Origin: a phage
Direction: 5' to 3' (one strand)
DNA length: 1,370 nucleotides
Sequence record: OR846003.1
Made by a program: the position numbers and the translations under genes. Positions 1 to 1,370 of this stretch are shown piece by piece. Within the stretch, counting starts at the first letter, position 1. Each line of letters begins with the position of its first letter. Under the pieces are notes generated by a model, which was given only the letters and a program-made list of their open reading frames with translations, was not told where the DNA came from and searched no databases.

Positions 1-1370
1 ATGTTATTCACCATCCCTGAGATACCCTCCGTCGCAAGCTGTGCTGCCTGTGAGGCGTAATCGGACGCATTATCCACCCAGTTACTGAATCCCTCCTGCA
101 GCCCTTTCTGCCAGTCCGCACGCTGCACATCCGATTCGGCATAAAAGACTGCCTGGTCCTTAAGGCGTTCGCTCAGATACTGCGCGTTCTGTGCCAGAGC
201 CTGTCTGTAAAAATCCTCACTGATATCCCCGGTCTGATACTGAGACTGAAGGTCCGCATCCTTCTGGCGGAAGCTGTCGCGGATCTGCTGCAACTCCCGC
301 ATGCGTTCTCTGGCTCGCTCCCCCTGCCCGTACCCCAGCAGTTCAGCATCATTTGATGCACGCGCAGCCACATTCTCATTCTTCAGGGTCTCTTCCCGGG
401 ATCGCAACTGTTCCCGGATTTTTTGCTGGTCAATCAGGGCCGCGTTACGCAGCAGTTCCTGCTTCTGCATCTCCGTCAGGGTTTTCAGTTCGCCCTGCGC
501 AGTCTGGTACTTCAGCTTCGCCAGCTCTGTATTCTGCCCCGCAAGTGCCAGTTGCTCTTTCTGCTGCTTCAGCAGCCGGGAAAAACTGTCTTCCGCTTTT
601 TCCGTCTCTGATTTTCCACCCCGGGATTTGGGTTTATTCGCCTCGTTATTGCGCCAGGCTTCCAGGGCATTACTGATATAACGTTGTCTCGCCTCCTGAT
701 ACGGATCCCCCACAAAACCGAGGTCATCCGCCGCATACCCCAGTCGGACGCGCTCTTTTTCTTCCCCTTTCAGTCTGGACAGGGCCAGCTCACGCTCTGT
801 TTTTGTCAGGGCACTCTGCTGTTTATCATCCAGAGTGGCCTGTGGCAGCCGTAACGGCACATTCACCAGTCCCTGCCGCTGCTGAAGCAGTTCATTACCC
901 AGCCCCAGCAGACGGTTGAATTCCGTATGCTGACCGTTCATAACCAGCATGGACTGGTACACCTTATTCTGCTCTGCCGCCTGCTGACGAATTAACGCCA
1001 CACGACGGTCTTCCAGCCCGGCAAGCACATCCTGAATGGACTGCGCTTTTTCCTGCATCTGTGCCAGACGGGACTGCTCAACGGCAAGCTGCTCTGTTGC
1101 CTGAGAAAGCCCTTCCGTTACGGTCTTCACCGATGTCAGATGGTTTATCATGAATCCGTCACCGGTCGTCCAGCCCGGGTTCGCCAGAACATACTGATAT
1201 CCTGCGATTTTTTCCTGCAGGGATTTCACCCGACTGGCCTGTTCATCAATCAGCCGGTTCTGCTCTGTCAGCGCCGCCCGTGTTCGTCCTTCATTATCTG
1301 AGGCTTCAGGCAAAGACATTGACGGCGTTTTATGCGCGATTTCATCTATCGTCAGTGCATACTGGCGCGC
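1..1370 (-). CDS. Phage tail tape measure protein, lambda gpH-like; internal fragment, truncated at both window edges
   Basis: Seen in sequence: the reverse complement read from + position 1370 is open for 456 codons with no stop. Codons occupy + coords 3k..3k+2; the first full codon is 1368..1370 (Ala), the last is 3..5 (Asn), and positions 1..2 are a partial codon. Translation begins ARQYALTIDEIAHKTPSMSLPEASDNEGRTRAALTEQNRLIDEQASRVKSLQEK and ends SDVQRADWQKGLQEGFSNWVDNASDYASQAAQLATEGISGMVNN. Composition is Q/E/L/K/R/A-rich with long helix-like stretches. Codon usage is coherent (CTG, CAG, GAA, AAA favoured). From memory, the C-proximal motif W-x-x-G-L-x-x-G-[FW]-S-x-W-x-x-x-A-x-D-x-x-S-Q resembles lambda gpH (approximately ...NWMAGLKSGWSEWEESATDSMSQVKSAATQTF...). 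No search was run. Confidence 0.8.

Noticed and set aside
173-379. Minus-strand 68-aa ORF from the supplied track
   Set aside because: It is in a different frame from the long open minus-strand frame and is nested inside it. Its translation (MRMWLRVHQMMLNCWGTGRGSEPENACGSC...) is not protein-like, so it is an out-of-frame artefact.
393-418. Short repeat ttcccgg at 393..399 and 411..417, around a palindromic cccggg core
   Set aside because: It is very short, lies inside the coding frame where it encodes ...SREE..., and has no following T-tract, so it is not a terminator or a recognisable regulatory site. It is compatible with chance.
301-681. Plus-strand ORFs from the supplied track (301..681, 353..676, 423..611; 126, 107 and 62 aa)
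   Set aside because: They are antisense to, and fully contained within, the 456-codon minus-strand frame. Their translations are low-complexity Ser/Phe/Cys/Ala-rich strings typical of shadow ORFs opposite a Gln/Glu/Leu-rich gene. There is no independent start context.
399-1274. Apparent internal protein repeat (ALTEQNRLIDEQ... near 1194..1274 versus TLTEMQKQELLRNAALIDQQ... near 399..482)
   Set aside because: The shared tripeptides (LTE, LID, [EQ]Q) are not colinear without gaps, and are expected by chance in a Q/E/L-rich helical protein. This is compositional similarity, not a demonstrable duplication.
1317-1319. In-frame ATG (Met within ...HKTPSMSLPEASDNEG...) as a possible gene start
   Set aside because: The frame stays open for 17 further codons upstream to the window edge, and no Shine-Dalgarno-like purine run precedes the ATG (the upstream sequence on the coding strand is aaaacgccgtca). 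It is more likely an internal Met, although the true start cannot be seen in this window.
1-1370. Possibility that the window contains a novel defence, toxin or other accessory system
   Set aside because: The entire window is occupied by one uninterrupted structural-gene frame with no intergenic space, second gene, RNA gene or repeat array. Any such system would have to lie outside this window.

Overview
The whole 1370-bp window lies inside a single gene on the minus strand: one reading frame is open from edge to edge (456 sense codons, no stop), so neither the start nor the stop is in the window. The translation is rich in Gln, Glu, Leu, Lys, Arg and Ala, consistent with a long helical protein. 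Near its C-proximal end (window coords 3..116) it carries a motif, DWQKGLQEGFSNWVDNASDYASQAAQLATEGISGMVNN, that I recognise from memory as resembling the C-proximal region of the phage lambda tail tape measure protein gpH. My call is therefore an internal fragment of a lambda-family siphophage or prophage tail tape measure protein gene, probably in an enterobacterial host given the strong CTG-Leu and CAG-Gln codon preference. I see no intergenic DNA, promoter, terminator, RNA gene, CRISPR array or mobile-element end in the window, and no evidence of a novel multi-gene system. The short ORFs in the supplied track are out-of-frame or antisense shadows of this one gene. All homology statements are from memory and unaided reading and need a database search to confirm.
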